From: Marinovum sp.
GTDB taxonomy: Bacteria; Pseudomonadota; Alphaproteobacteria; Rhodobacterales; Rhodobacteraceae
Assembly (NCBI RefSeq): GCF_048263515.1
Contig: NZ_JBLXEC010000018.1
Coordinates: forward strand, 20,420 to 84,419
DNA: 64,000 nucleotides
Direction: 5' to 3'
Position numbers and translations under genes: made by a program. Below, in pieces: positions 53,708 to 64,000 of this stretch. Below the pieces are notes generated by a model. The model was given only the letters and a program-made list of their open reading frames with translations. It was not told the origin of the DNA and searched no databases. Within the stretch, counting starts at the first letter, position 1. Each line of letters begins with the position of its first letter.

Positions 53708-54088
53708 TTACGGATTGTCGGCAGACGTGTCGAAATCCACATGGATATGGTTGCCGTCGGGGTCATGCAGGTTGACCTGGGTGATCGGAAAGCCGGGCAC
53801 CGGATCGATGCTGTGGGCAATGCCCCGGTCGGTCAGCTTGTCGATGAAGCCCTGCATCCCCTGGGCGCGAAAGGCGAAATGCTCGAGCGACAGGTCGTCA
53901 CCGGGCTCGGGCGCCTTGGTCTTGCCCACCAGATGCACCACCGCGCGGTCGCCGAGGTAGAGCCAAGCGCCGGGAAAAGCAAAGGGCGGGCGTTTGCCGG
54001 GGTGCAGCCCGAGGATATCGCCGTACCAGGCGATCATCTCGTCGAGATTGGCAGTGCGGAGATTGACGTGATCGAAGGCGATGAGCAT
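53708..54088 (-). CDS. VOC/glyoxalase family protein
   Basis: FDHVNLRT, GAWLY, EHFAF, HDPDGNHI. Confidence 0.88.
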   Translation of the reverse strand: MLIAFDHVNLRTANLDEMIAWYGDILGLHPGKRPPFAFPGAWLYLGDRAVVHLVGKTKAPEPGDDLSLEHFAFRAQGMQGFIDKLTDRGIAHSIDPVPGFPITQVNLHDPDGNHIHVDFDTSADNP

Positions 54089-54198
54089 GGCGCGGCCCCT
54101 GTTGTGTCTTCGGGCACCTTAAGCAGCCAAAGCGGGCCTTGCAAAGCAGAACGGGGCCGAAATCGGCCCCGTTTCAGGTTGGTCGAAAACCCTGCGGG

Positions 54199-54384
54199 TC
54201 AGACGTGTGCCGTGCGGCCTTTGGGGCCCATCAGCAGCCAGGCGATGAAGCCCAGCACCGGCAGGATCAGAATGACGAGGGTCCAGATCACCTTGGCCCC
54301 GGTTGAGGCCGAAGAGGTGAGGGTCTTGTAGATTGCGTAGATGTCGGCGATCAGGATGATCAGGCCAAAAAGTCCATATTCCAT
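54199..54384 (-). CDS. PLDc_N-domain small membrane protein
   Basis: IADIYAI..KVIWTLVILILPVLGFIAWLLMGP. Confidence 0.85.
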   Translation of the reverse strand: MEYGLFGLIILIADIYAIYKTLTSSASTGAKVIWTLVILILPVLGFIAWLLMGPKGRTAHV

Positions 54385-54558
54385 GACGAAGCTCCGGGTT
54401 GGTTGCGTTCGGGGTCGAGATGCCAAGTCAACGTTGGCAGCTTCGAAAATGTTCCCGGCACCAAGCTCGCGGGGGTCAGGTTGGTCGGCGGCGCGGGGCG
54501 CACTACCTTTTGGATGATGCTCTGTAGCGCGATGCCTTTGTCTTCGAGGAGACCGCTG

Positions 54559-55161
54559 ATGAAACGCCTGATCCACCCTGTGAGTGTGCTTCTGCTTGTC
54601 CTGCCCGGCCTCGCCGTGGCCGCCGAGGCGGTGCACATCCGCCCCGATCTGCCCTCTGTCACCGTCGAGACGCCGGAGGGCCCCGCCACCATCGCCCGCA
54701 ACCCCGACCCCGAGGCGCGGCTTGATGGCGACTGGGCGCGCACCTCGCGCGCCTGCCCGCCGTTCTGTATTCAGCCCGTCACTCCGGCCGAGGGGGTCAA
54801 ACCGATCGGCGAGCTCGAGCTGCTCGACATGCTGGCCGACCCGGATGCCGTGGTGATCGACAGTCGCACGCCGGACTGGTTCGAGGGCGGCTCGATCCCC
54901 GGGGCGATCAACATGCCCTGGGACCGGATGGCCGAAAAGCTCGACACCCTGGGGTGCGACCTGGATTTCGAGGGGTTTACCTGTGGCGACGAGGTGCCGG
55001 AGATCGCGCTGTTCTGCAACGGCGCCTGGTGCGGACAATCGCCGACCGCCATTCGCCGGATCATCGCCGCGGGTTATCCGCCAGAGAAGATCTCCTACTA
55101 CCGCGGCGGCATGCAGGCGTGGCGGATGCTCGGCCTGACGGTGACGGGCGAGGGCGGCTGA
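54559..55161 (+). CDS. Secreted rhodanese-like protein
   Basis: CPPFCIQP, IDSRTPDW..GSIPGAIN, FCNGAWCGQS, YYRGGMQAW. Confidence 0.85.
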   Translation: MKRLIHPVSVLLLVLPGLAVAAEAVHIRPDLPSVTVETPEGPATIARNPDPEARLDGDWARTSRACPPFCIQPVTPAEGVKPIGELELLDMLADPDAVVIDSRTPDWFEGGSIPGAINMPWDRMAEKLDTLGCDLDFEGFTCGDEVPEIALFCNGAWCGQSPTAIRRIIAAGYPPEKISYYRGGMQAWRMLGLTVTGEGG

Positions 55162-55180
55162 GCCGCCCCCGCGCCGCGCC

Positions 55181-55552
55181 TCAGCACTTGCCGAAGGTTT
55201 TCGACAGGATCTCGACGCCGGCCACGGTGACCGTGACCTTGATGCCGGTGGGGATGCCGAAGGTGGTGCAGATCTTCAGGCAGGCCTTGGCGGCGGTGCC
55301 GTTGGGGACGTTGATCGGGATCGGCAGGCAGACCGTGCCGATGCCCAGCGGCAGTTTGAGGCAGATCTTGTGGTTGCCGACCTTGACCTCGATGCAATCA
55401 GCCGCCAGCGACATCTCTCCGGTGTCGGGCAGGCCGGTCGAGGCGTCGAGGTTCTGGACGCCGGGGGCGACGTTTTCCTCGTGAAATGCCCGCGCGGCAT
55501 CCATCGCGTTGCGGATCTTCTCTTCGTCAAATGAATGGACTTCGTCAGCCAT
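55181..55552 (-). CDS. Hypothetical protein with acidic N-terminus and six-cysteine basic C-terminal domain
   Basis: 123 aa, RBS AGGAG, high-GC codon usage, terminal Cys. Confidence 0.75.
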   Translation of the reverse strand: MADEVHSFDEEKIRNAMDAARAFHEENVAPGVQNLDASTGLPDTGEMSLAADCIEVKVGNHKICLKLPLGIGTVCLPIPINVPNGTAAKACLKICTTFGIPTGIKVTVTVAGVEILSKTFGKC

Positions 55553-55815
55553 GGAGACTCTCCTGTCAATAAATTTAGAGTTGCCAAAAAACGGCACGAA
55601 TCGCCTTTAAGTGGAAATCGCGGCGATGCCAGAGAGCCTAACACAAAACCATAAGTTGCGCTATCACCCGTGGTGCGCGCAATAATGGTACCCGGTGATG
55701 ATCGGAAATTCAGGGATGTTGCGTCAGCGCGCAACGGCAGCCACGGCCCTGCCGGATGGCTGGGCCGTGGCTGCAACGCTCGGATTGGGGACGCCCGGCG
55801 GACCGGGCGAAAGGA

Positions 55816-56103
55816 TCAGCTGCCGCCGTCGGTGCCTTCGGGCAGGGCGCGGGCCAGACGATGCAGCGCATCGATCGAAACCATGCCGTCTTCGCCGGCG
55901 GTCTCGTAGACGAAATGCACCCGGTCGCCAGCGGCGAGATCGGCAGGGACTTCCAGAGCGCCGGGAATTTCCCAGACGGTGAAATCGGTCAGGACGATGA
56001 CATTGGCCTGCCGGTCGTAGGCCAGCACCAGGCCTTCGGTTTCATCGGCAAAGGCGGGAAGGGCGGTCAGGGTCACCAGAGCCGCGGCGAAGAGATTGCG
56101 CAT
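55816..56103 (-). CDS. Small secreted OB-fold-like hypothetical protein
   Basis: Signal peptide AFA; DETEG.V.AYDR..L..GDRV pattern. Confidence 0.65.
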   Translation of the reverse strand: MRNLFAAALVTLTALPAFADETEGLVLAYDRQANVIVLTDFTVWEIPGALEVPADLAAGDRVHFVYETAGEDGMVSIDALHRLARALPEGTDGGS

Positions 56104-56354
56104 GTGTCGTGTCTCGGAAGAGGAAAGCGCTCTCGGAGCGACCTCGCCCCTGCAGCCGCCGGACGGAGCCTCGCGCCCGGATTGACGGTAAATGGGGCGG
56201 CGAAGGCCCGCTGCAAGAGGGGCCGCCGGAATTATTTTCGCGGCCTGCATTCGAGGGGGCCTGGACGGGGTGTGACCTTTGTAACTCGGGGTTTGTGCGA
56301 AACTGTGCTACAAGCTTCCCTTGGGTCAATTCAGGCCCGGAAAAGGGGGATCAG

Positions 56355-56642
56355 ATGTTTGCACGTATCACCAAATTCAAGATGAAGCCGGGTTCGCGAG
56401 AGGGGGCACAAGCCAAGATGGAGGAGCTGAAGGACCAGATCCTCGGCCTTGACGGTATGCAGCATTTCACCTGCGCGATGAACGACGACGGCAGCGGTTA
56501 TATCGTCTCGATGGTGTCGGATCAGGCAACGTCGGACGGCAACGCCGAGAAGGTCAAGAAACTCTGGGGCAACTTCGCCGAGTTTCTGGAAGGGATGCCG
56601 ACCCCGGAGGGGTATGACGTTGTGGCCGACTGGAGCACCTGA
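56355..56642 (+). CDS. Hypothetical ABM-like protein
   Basis: MFARITKFKMKPG; RBS AGGGGG. Confidence 0.65.
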   Translation: MFARITKFKMKPGSREGAQAKMEELKDQILGLDGMQHFTCAMNDDGSGYIVSMVSDQATSDGNAEKVKKLWGNFAEFLEGMPTPEGYDVVADWST

Positions 56643-56657
56643 GCCGGGCCAACCGCG

Positions 56658-56678
56658 GGGTGGGCAAACTGCCCACCC
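56658..56678. repeat. REP-like palindrome between convergent genes
   Basis: GGGTGGGCA-AAC-TGCCCACCC, same GGTG...CACC frame as the RAYT REPs. Confidence 0.55.
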
Positions 56679-56688
56679 TTCGCGATCC

Positions 56689-58884
<2,196 letters not shown>

Positions 58885-59228
58885 GCGTCAGGCTCCTTGC
58901 CCGCTAAATGTGCGTCCTTGCCCGGCCAATGCAAGGGGCGGGGCTGCGACCGGTTGGCCAGGGGGCCGGAAATTGGTAAAGCCGTGGCACCGGATTGCCT
59001 GTGATTCTCGGCAGATCGAAAACGGGGCGTCGCGTCAAAGCCCTTTGAGATTATTCAGCTTTTTAGTCTAAGTGAATTCTTTACTTTGCCGTTTGCGGAC
59101 ATGTTGCAGCGATTCCATGGGGTTATCTCATGCGCGCTGGCTATTGTCGTGCCGTGCCGCGTGTCGCGCCCTTAAAAAGCGTTGCAATGCCGCTTTGCGC
59201 AATTGTACCTTGAATTTGCAAGCAGCAG

Positions 59229-59330
59229 GCTTGGCTGTCGAATGTGTTGCACCTACCCACCCCTCGCTCCCCGCGACACGACCGACAGCCAAGCTGTGCT
59301 TGTTCCTCCTCCCTGACATGCGACCGCTGG
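59229..59330 (+). ncRNA. Candidate small RNA with CCUCCUCCC anti-Shine-Dalgarno motif
   Basis: 12-bp stem 59229-59240/59283-59294 with C-rich loop, then TTCCTCCTCCC at 59303-59313 in a 530-bp intergenic region. Confidence 0.5.
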
Positions 59331-59413
59331 CCCTGGTTTGACGCGCGCTCTGTCCGTGCTTGAAACGGCGGGCGAAATTGCCGATAACCGGCGAAACACC
59401 CGGAGGCACATCC

Positions 59414-59725
59414 ATGCGCGCACGAATCTACCAACCGGCCCGGAACGCGATGCAATCCGGTGTCGCCAAGACCCGCCAATGGGTGCTGGAGTTCGCCCCC
59501 GCCTCGCGGCGCGAGGTCGATCCGCTGATGGGCTGGACCTCGTCCGAGGATACCCAGGCGCAGGTGCGGCTGAAGTTTGACAGCAAGGAAGCGGCGCTGG
59601 ACTATGCCAAGGACCACGGCATCGAGGTGACGGTGAGCGCCCCCAAGACCCGCCGTCTCAACATCCGCCCGCGCGGCTACGCCGAGAACTTCGCCGTCAA
59701 CCGCCGGAGCCCCTGGACGCACTGA
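59414..59725 (+). CDS. ETC complex I subunit (NDUFS4-like)
   Basis: [28 protein letters not shown]; RBS GGAGG. Confidence 0.92.
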   Translation: MRARIYQPARNAMQSGVAKTRQWVLEFAPASRREVDPLMGWTSSEDTQAQVRLKFDSKEAALDYAKDHGIEVTVSAPKTRRLNIRPRGYAENFAVNRRSPWTH

Positions 59726-59868
59726 GGGTGTAAGACATACCTGAGATATTCTCGCGGGGGGGGCTGAGTTTCTCCGGGGGGCTATATCTGGTGTGCGGCG
59801 AGGGGTGATTATCTTCATGCGGTAGGTGGTGGATCCGCGTCCCTCGACAGCCGCAGAGAATTTGGTCG

Positions 59869-59891
59869 GGCGCCCATCGGGCGCCTTTTTT
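59869..59891 (+). terminator. Hairpin plus U-tract 15 nt before the hydrolase start
   Basis: GGCGCCC-ATC-GGGCGCC-TTTTTT. Confidence 0.6.
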
Positions 59892-59905
59892 CTTCGAGGG
59901 GACCC

Positions 59906-60538
59906 ATGGAACTTCTGCTGAATGGCGATGAGCCCGGCTGCACGACCCTCCTGCTGGCCCACGGCGCCGGGTCCGCCATGGACACACCCTGGATGACCAC
60001 CGTGGCCGAGGCGCTGTCTGAGGCTGGCCTCCGTGTCGCGCGGTTCGAGTTCAGCTATATGGCCGCGCGCCGCACGGGCGGCTCGAAACGCCCGCCCGGA
60101 AAGGCCGAGACCTACGTGCCCGAGTACCTCTCTGCCATCGACGCATTGGCCTGCGACGGCCCGCTGCTGATCGGCGGCAAGAGCATGGGCGGGCGGGTCG
60201 CAAGCCTTGCCGCGCAGGACCTCTTCGATGCGGGCCGTATCACAGGGCTGGTGTGCCTCGGCTTCCCCTTCCACGCCCCGAAGAAGCCCGAGAAGACACG
60301 CTACGACCATCTCGAGGCGATCACCTGCCCAACGCTCATCTGCCAGGGCACGCGCGATCACTTCGGGTCCCGCGAGGAGGTCGACCGGTACCCGCTTTCG
60401 CCAGCTGTCGAGCTGTTCTGGTTGGAGGATGGCGACCACGATCTGAAACCGCGTAAACGGCTGACCGGGAGGAGCCTCGACGACCACCTCGCGTCCGTGG
60501 CGGCGCGGGTGTGCTCATGGAGCGCGGCACAGGGCTGA
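59906..60538 (+). CDS. Alpha/beta hydrolase (KANL3/Tex30-like)
   Basis: LAHGAGS, GGKSMGG nucleophile elbow, QGTRD, GDHDL. Confidence 0.88.
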   Translation: MELLLNGDEPGCTTLLLAHGAGSAMDTPWMTTVAEALSEAGLRVARFEFSYMAARRTGGSKRPPGKAETYVPEYLSAIDALACDGPLLIGGKSMGGRVASLAAQDLFDAGRITGLVCLGFPFHAPKKPEKTRYDHLEAITCPTLICQGTRDHFGSREEVDRYPLSPAVELFWLEDGDHDLKPRKRLTGRSLDDHLASVAARVCSWSAAQG

Positions 60539-60573
60539 GACGGGTGGGGGCGGGGTGAAAATCCCGTAAAATG

Positions 60574-60954
60574 CGTTTGTCTTGGCATCCTGCTTCGGCA
60601 GGTTTGCCAAGCGCAGACGATGGCGCGAAGGTTCACTGCATTTTCGGCGAGTGCCGAAGCTGGCCCCGTGCCGATTGAAAGCACGGCGAAGTGAGCCAGG
60701 GCAGGGGTGCGCTTTCGCTTTCCTTTGAAGGCAAAGGTCCCGGTATCTTTGAGCTTGCCAGCGGACGCACGCGGACCAAAGCTTAGGAGCGCGGCCGGCA
60801 TCAAGCGCGGCCGGATATGGTCAAGTTCGCGGCACCGACATCCCCCAGCGGCGCCACCCTCAAAAGGAAAGCGATTCGAAAATTCGCTAGAACATTGGAC
60901 TCACATCCGCAGCCAATGTTCTCGTGATGCCGTATCTCCGGCCCTGTGAGATGC
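60574..60954 (+). ncRNA. Candidate large structured RNA
   Basis: cUUCGg-capped long hairpin, three-way junction, long-range 14-bp stem and further hairpins in a non-coding gap. Confidence 0.35.
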
Positions 60955-61263
60955 AAGTGCCTCGCCTGCGATCTCGGGTTGCGGTCGGCTGGGATTCCCA
61001 AGCCTATCTAGAAAATTAAACCCTAATCCATTGAATTTCGTCGCTCTTCCGCGCAGGGCCGGCTCGCGCCTGCGCGCTTCCTTGCGCTTTGTCATGCTGA
61101 GCCCTGATGAACATTCGTATTTACAATTGCACAAAAGTGCGCTAAATACTTCCCTCAGATGCTCGCGGTGCCACCTGGTCCGACCCCACCAACCAGCCGG
61201 ACAGGCCCCGCAGAGAGCACATCGAAACCCCCGGCATCGGGGGCGCAAATCTGGAGGAGGCTC

Positions 61264-62175
61264 ATGGCTGAAATTTACGATCACGCCGGCAATCCGGTGA
61301 AACATGGCCGGGCGCGCGTGAACGGCATCCGCATGCACTATGTGACCGCCGGTCAGGGAGAGCCGCTCCTGCTGATCCACGGCACGCCGAAGACCAACTT
61401 CTACTGGCATCGCCTGTTTCCGCTGCTGACCGAGCATTTCACCGTCGTCGCACCCGACCTGCGGGGGTTCGGCTATACCGACAAGCCGCCGGTCAGCGAA
61501 GGCTATGACAGCGCCACCAACGCGCAGGACCTGGCCGAGCTGATGACCTTTCTTGGTCACGACAGCTTTCACGTCCATGGCGAGGATCGCGGCGCGGAGT
61601 TTGCCTATGTCCTGACGGCCAGGGAACGCGACCGGGTCAAGACCCTGTCGTTCTGCGAGATGCTGCTGTCGGGCGAGGGGCTCGAGGAGGCGTCGTTCTT
61701 TACCCCGGACAACGTCTCGGCCCAGTTCCGGCAGAACGGCGTCTGGGTCTGGCACATCCCGTTCTTCTGGATCCCGCATCTGCCCGAGATGCTGATCCAG
61801 GGCAAGGAACGTGCCTTCTGGGAATTCTGGATCAAGGCCGAAACCTGGAACCCCAATGCGATCTCGAAAGAGGCGCTGGATGAATGGATCGCCTGCCTGA
61901 CCGCTCCCGGCGGCCTGCGGGGCACACTGGAAACCTACCGTGCCGCCTTCAGGAACGCTGAGATCGTGCGCGAGCTCAAGCAGGAGAAGCTGACCCTGCC
62001 GATCATGACCGTCGGCGCGCCCGAGTTCTTCGGCCCCACGGTCGAGGCGCAGATGACCCGCCTGTCGGAGGGCGTCGAAAAGGCGGCGGTCTTCGAGGAA
62101 TGCGGTCACAGCCTGGCGCTCGAGGCGCCGGAGCGGCTGGCCGAGATGCTGCGCGACTTCATGCTCAACCGCTGA
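61264..62175 (+). CDS. Alpha/beta hydrolase of the epoxide hydrolase/dehalogenase group
   Basis: LIHGTP, PDLRGFG, GEDRG (Asp nucleophile), CGHS; RBS GGAGGAGG. Confidence 0.88.
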   Translation: MAEIYDHAGNPVKHGRARVNGIRMHYVTAGQGEPLLLIHGTPKTNFYWHRLFPLLTEHFTVVAPDLRGFGYTDKPPVSEGYDSATNAQDLAELMTFLGHDSFHVHGEDRGAEFAYVLTARERDRVKTLSFCEMLLSGEGLEEASFFTPDNVSAQFRQNGVWVWHIPFFWIPHLPEMLIQGKERAFWEFWIKAETWNPNAISKEALDEWIACLTAPGGLRGTLETYRAAFRNAEIVRELKQEKLTLPIMTVGAPEFFGPTVEAQMTRLSEGVEKAAVFEECGHSLALEAPERLAEMLRDFMLNR

Positions 62176-62230
62176 TCCTCGTCCGGGAGGGACGGAACAG
62201 CGACAGACTTCAACGGAGGAAGACAAGACA

Positions 62231-63412
62231 ATGATCAAGACAACCAAGAGAGCCCTGATGATCGGCGTCGCCGCGATGCTGGCCTGCGGCACCGCCCTGC
62301 CGGTCCTGGCTCAGTCCAACATCGGCGATGTGCGCCACCCGCTGTGGTACGAAGCGCCCAGCGAACGCACGCTCGAGCTGGCCAAGATCGACGATCTCTC
62401 GCAGACCGTCGTCAGCCAGGGTCCGCGCGGCGAGGATGGCGTGCTTTACACCGAGATCGGCCTGACCGACGCGCAGATCGAGAAGATCCGTGCCGGCCAG
62501 TTCACCGCCGCCATCTCGCTGGGCTGGCTGGGCGACGACTGGGCGACCCAGCAGCTGATCGGCCTGAAGGAGACCTTCGAGAACCTCGGTATCGAAGTGG
62601 TCGCCGAGACCAATGCCAACTGGGAAGACGCCCGCCAGATCTCGGACCTCGACGCCATCTCGGTGCTCAAGCCCGACCTGCTGGTCTCGATCCCGCTGAA
62701 CACCGCCACCACCGCCAAGGCCTATCAGAAGCTGGCCGCCAACGGCACCAAGATCGTCTTCATCGACCAGGCCGCCGACGACATGCAGCCCGGCCAGGAT
62801 TACGTCTCGGTGATCTCGTCCGACAACCTGGCGCTGGGGATGTATCTGGCCGACCTGCTGTCCGATGCCATCGGTGGCCAGGGCGATGTGGCGGCGATGT
62901 ATTATGCGCCTGACTTCCATGTCACCAACCTGCGCTACATCGGCTTCATCGCGCGGCTGATCGCCAAGTATCCGGACATCCAGCTGGTCGCCTCGGCCGG
63001 TCACGACAACCCGAACCGCGGTCAGGAAGTGGCGCAGGCGCTGTTCGCCCGCTACCCGACGCTGAAGGGTGTCTACGGCTCCTGGAGCATCCCGGCGATG
63101 GGCGCGGCCACGGCGGCGCGGATTTCCGGCAAGCGTCCGGAAGACTTCAAGATCGTCAACGAGAACTTCGACCAGATCGTTGCCGCCAACATGGCCGAAA
63201 ACGGCCTGATCGCCGGGATCTCGACCCAGCGCCCCTATACCCAGGGCGTGACCGAGGCCACCGCCGGTGCGCTGGCGCTGATCGGCGAGAGCCTGCCGTC
63301 CTACATCTCGGTGCCGTCGCTCGCGGTGTCGCGCGACAACCTCGCCGCGGCCTACGAGACCATCTACCGCATCCCGCTGCCGGCGGAGATGTCGGCCGAC
63401 CTGAACAACTGA
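62231..63412 (+). CDS. Sugar ABC transporter substrate-binding protein (RbsB/LacI-type fold)
   Basis: Signal peptide VLA; KPDLLVSIP, IVFID, SDN..G, QRPYTQG. Confidence 0.85.
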   Translation: MIKTTKRALMIGVAAMLACGTALPVLAQSNIGDVRHPLWYEAPSERTLELAKIDDLSQTVVSQGPRGEDGVLYTEIGLTDAQIEKIRAGQFTAAISLGWLGDDWATQQLIGLKETFENLGIEVVAETNANWEDARQISDLDAISVLKPDLLVSIPLNTATTAKAYQKLAANGTKIVFIDQAADDMQPGQDYVSVISSDNLALGMYLADLLSDAIGGQGDVAAMYYAPDFHVTNLRYIGFIARLIAKYPDIQLVASAGHDNPNRGQEVAQALFARYPTLKGVYGSWSIPAMGAATAARISGKRPEDFKIVNENFDQIVAANMAENGLIAGISTQRPYTQGVTEATAGALALIGESLPSYISVPSLAVSRDNLAAAYETIYRIPLPAEMSADLNN

Positions 63413-63493
63413 TGACACCCGCCGGGCGCCGCGACAGGCGCCCGGCTTTCCACGGCACCCGGCGCCTTGCGCCGACATGAGCAGGGGGCTCAG

Positions 63494-64000
63494 ATGCAGA
63501 CCGACCTTCTCCGGATGCGGGAAATCGACAAGGCCTTCAACGGCATCCCCGTCCTTCGCAATGCCGGCTTCAGCCTGCGCAAGGGCGAATGCCATGCGCT
63601 CATGGGCGAAAACGGCGCTGGCAAATCGACGATGATGAAGATCCTGACCGGGGTCTACCGGCGTGACGGCGGCACCGTGGAACTGGATGGTCAGGACGTC
63701 ACCTTCCACGCGCCCCGCGATGCCGAGGCCGCCGGCATCGCCATGATCTTTCAGGAATTCAGCCTGATCCCGACGCTCACCGTGGCGCAGAACATCTTTC
63801 TCGGCCACGAGCCGCGCCGGGCCGGCAACGCGGTGATCCGCGATGGCGAGATGGTCCGCCGCGCCCGCGCCATCCTCGAGGAATTCGGCGAGAGCATCGA
63901 TCCGCGCGCCCGCGTCGAAGACCTCAGCGTCGGCGCCAAGCAGATGGTCGAGATCGCCAAGGCGCTGTCCAAGAATGCCCGCATCATCGTGATGGACGAA
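63494..64000 (+). CDS. Sugar ABC transporter ATP-binding protein (3' truncated by window edge)
   Basis: MQTDLLRMREIDKAFNG..GENGAGKSTMMKILTG, QEFSLIPTLTVAQNIFLG, QMVEIAKAL. Confidence 0.92.
   Translation, partial: MQTDLLRMREIDKAFNGIPVLRNAGFSLRKGECHALMGENGAGKSTMMKILTGVYRRDGGTVELDGQDVTFHAPRDAEAAGIAMIFQEFSLIPTLTVAQNIFLGHEPRRAGNAVIRDGEMVRRARAILEEFGESIDPRARVEDLSVGAKQMVEIAKALSKNARIIVMDE

Noticed and set aside
58885-59100. Expected LexA box upstream of uvrB
   Set aside because: No GTTC-N7-GTTC or GAAC-N7-GAAC found by eye
59726-59905. Possible tRNA after the ETC complex I subunit gene
   Set aside because: No TTCGA T-loop or cloverleaf found
60548-60566. GGGCGGGGTGAAAATCCCG resembling the 5' end of an FMN riboswitch
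   Set aside because: The following ACCGGCGGT and all downstream FMN elements are missing, and no riboflavin gene follows
60800-60830. Minus-strand ELDHIRPR resembling an HNH motif
   Set aside because: No downstream GG/N..C..CN pattern and no plausible ORF context

Overview
GC-rich chromosomal segment of a Rhodobacteraceae/Roseobacter-group alphaproteobacterium. The taxon is inferred from gene content and order. Most of the window is core metabolism: deoD, ethylmalonyl-CoA pathway genes ecm and ccr, a ccr-luxR-luxI-helicase quorum-sensing cassette, rimO, tdk, a tandem glycine riboswitch controlling gcvTHP, a ybbAP/tesA-like module, ettA, nadD, dacB, class I lysS, uvrB, and the start of a sugar ABC operon. 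No rRNA, tRNA, CRISPR array or prophage was recognised. The most unusual signals are: (i) a REP-associated tyrosine transposase (RAYT) whose catalytic Tyr codon reads Cys and which carries one of its own REPs in-frame, amid a REP family with compensatory palindrome changes; (ii) a ~190-bp long-hairpin element, tandem at 5.2-5.6 kb with a diverged inverted copy at 26.2-26.4 kb, showing covariation and strand-biased G-U pairs; (iii) two ncRNA candidates at 59.2 kb and 60.6-60.95 kb; (iv) orphan proteins, including an Mrr-N/RMF-like fusion, a six-Cys protein with an acidic leader, a CII-like regulator and a tailspike-like beta-helix protein behind a CtrA-like box. All family assignments are motif recognition by eye; no database searches were run.
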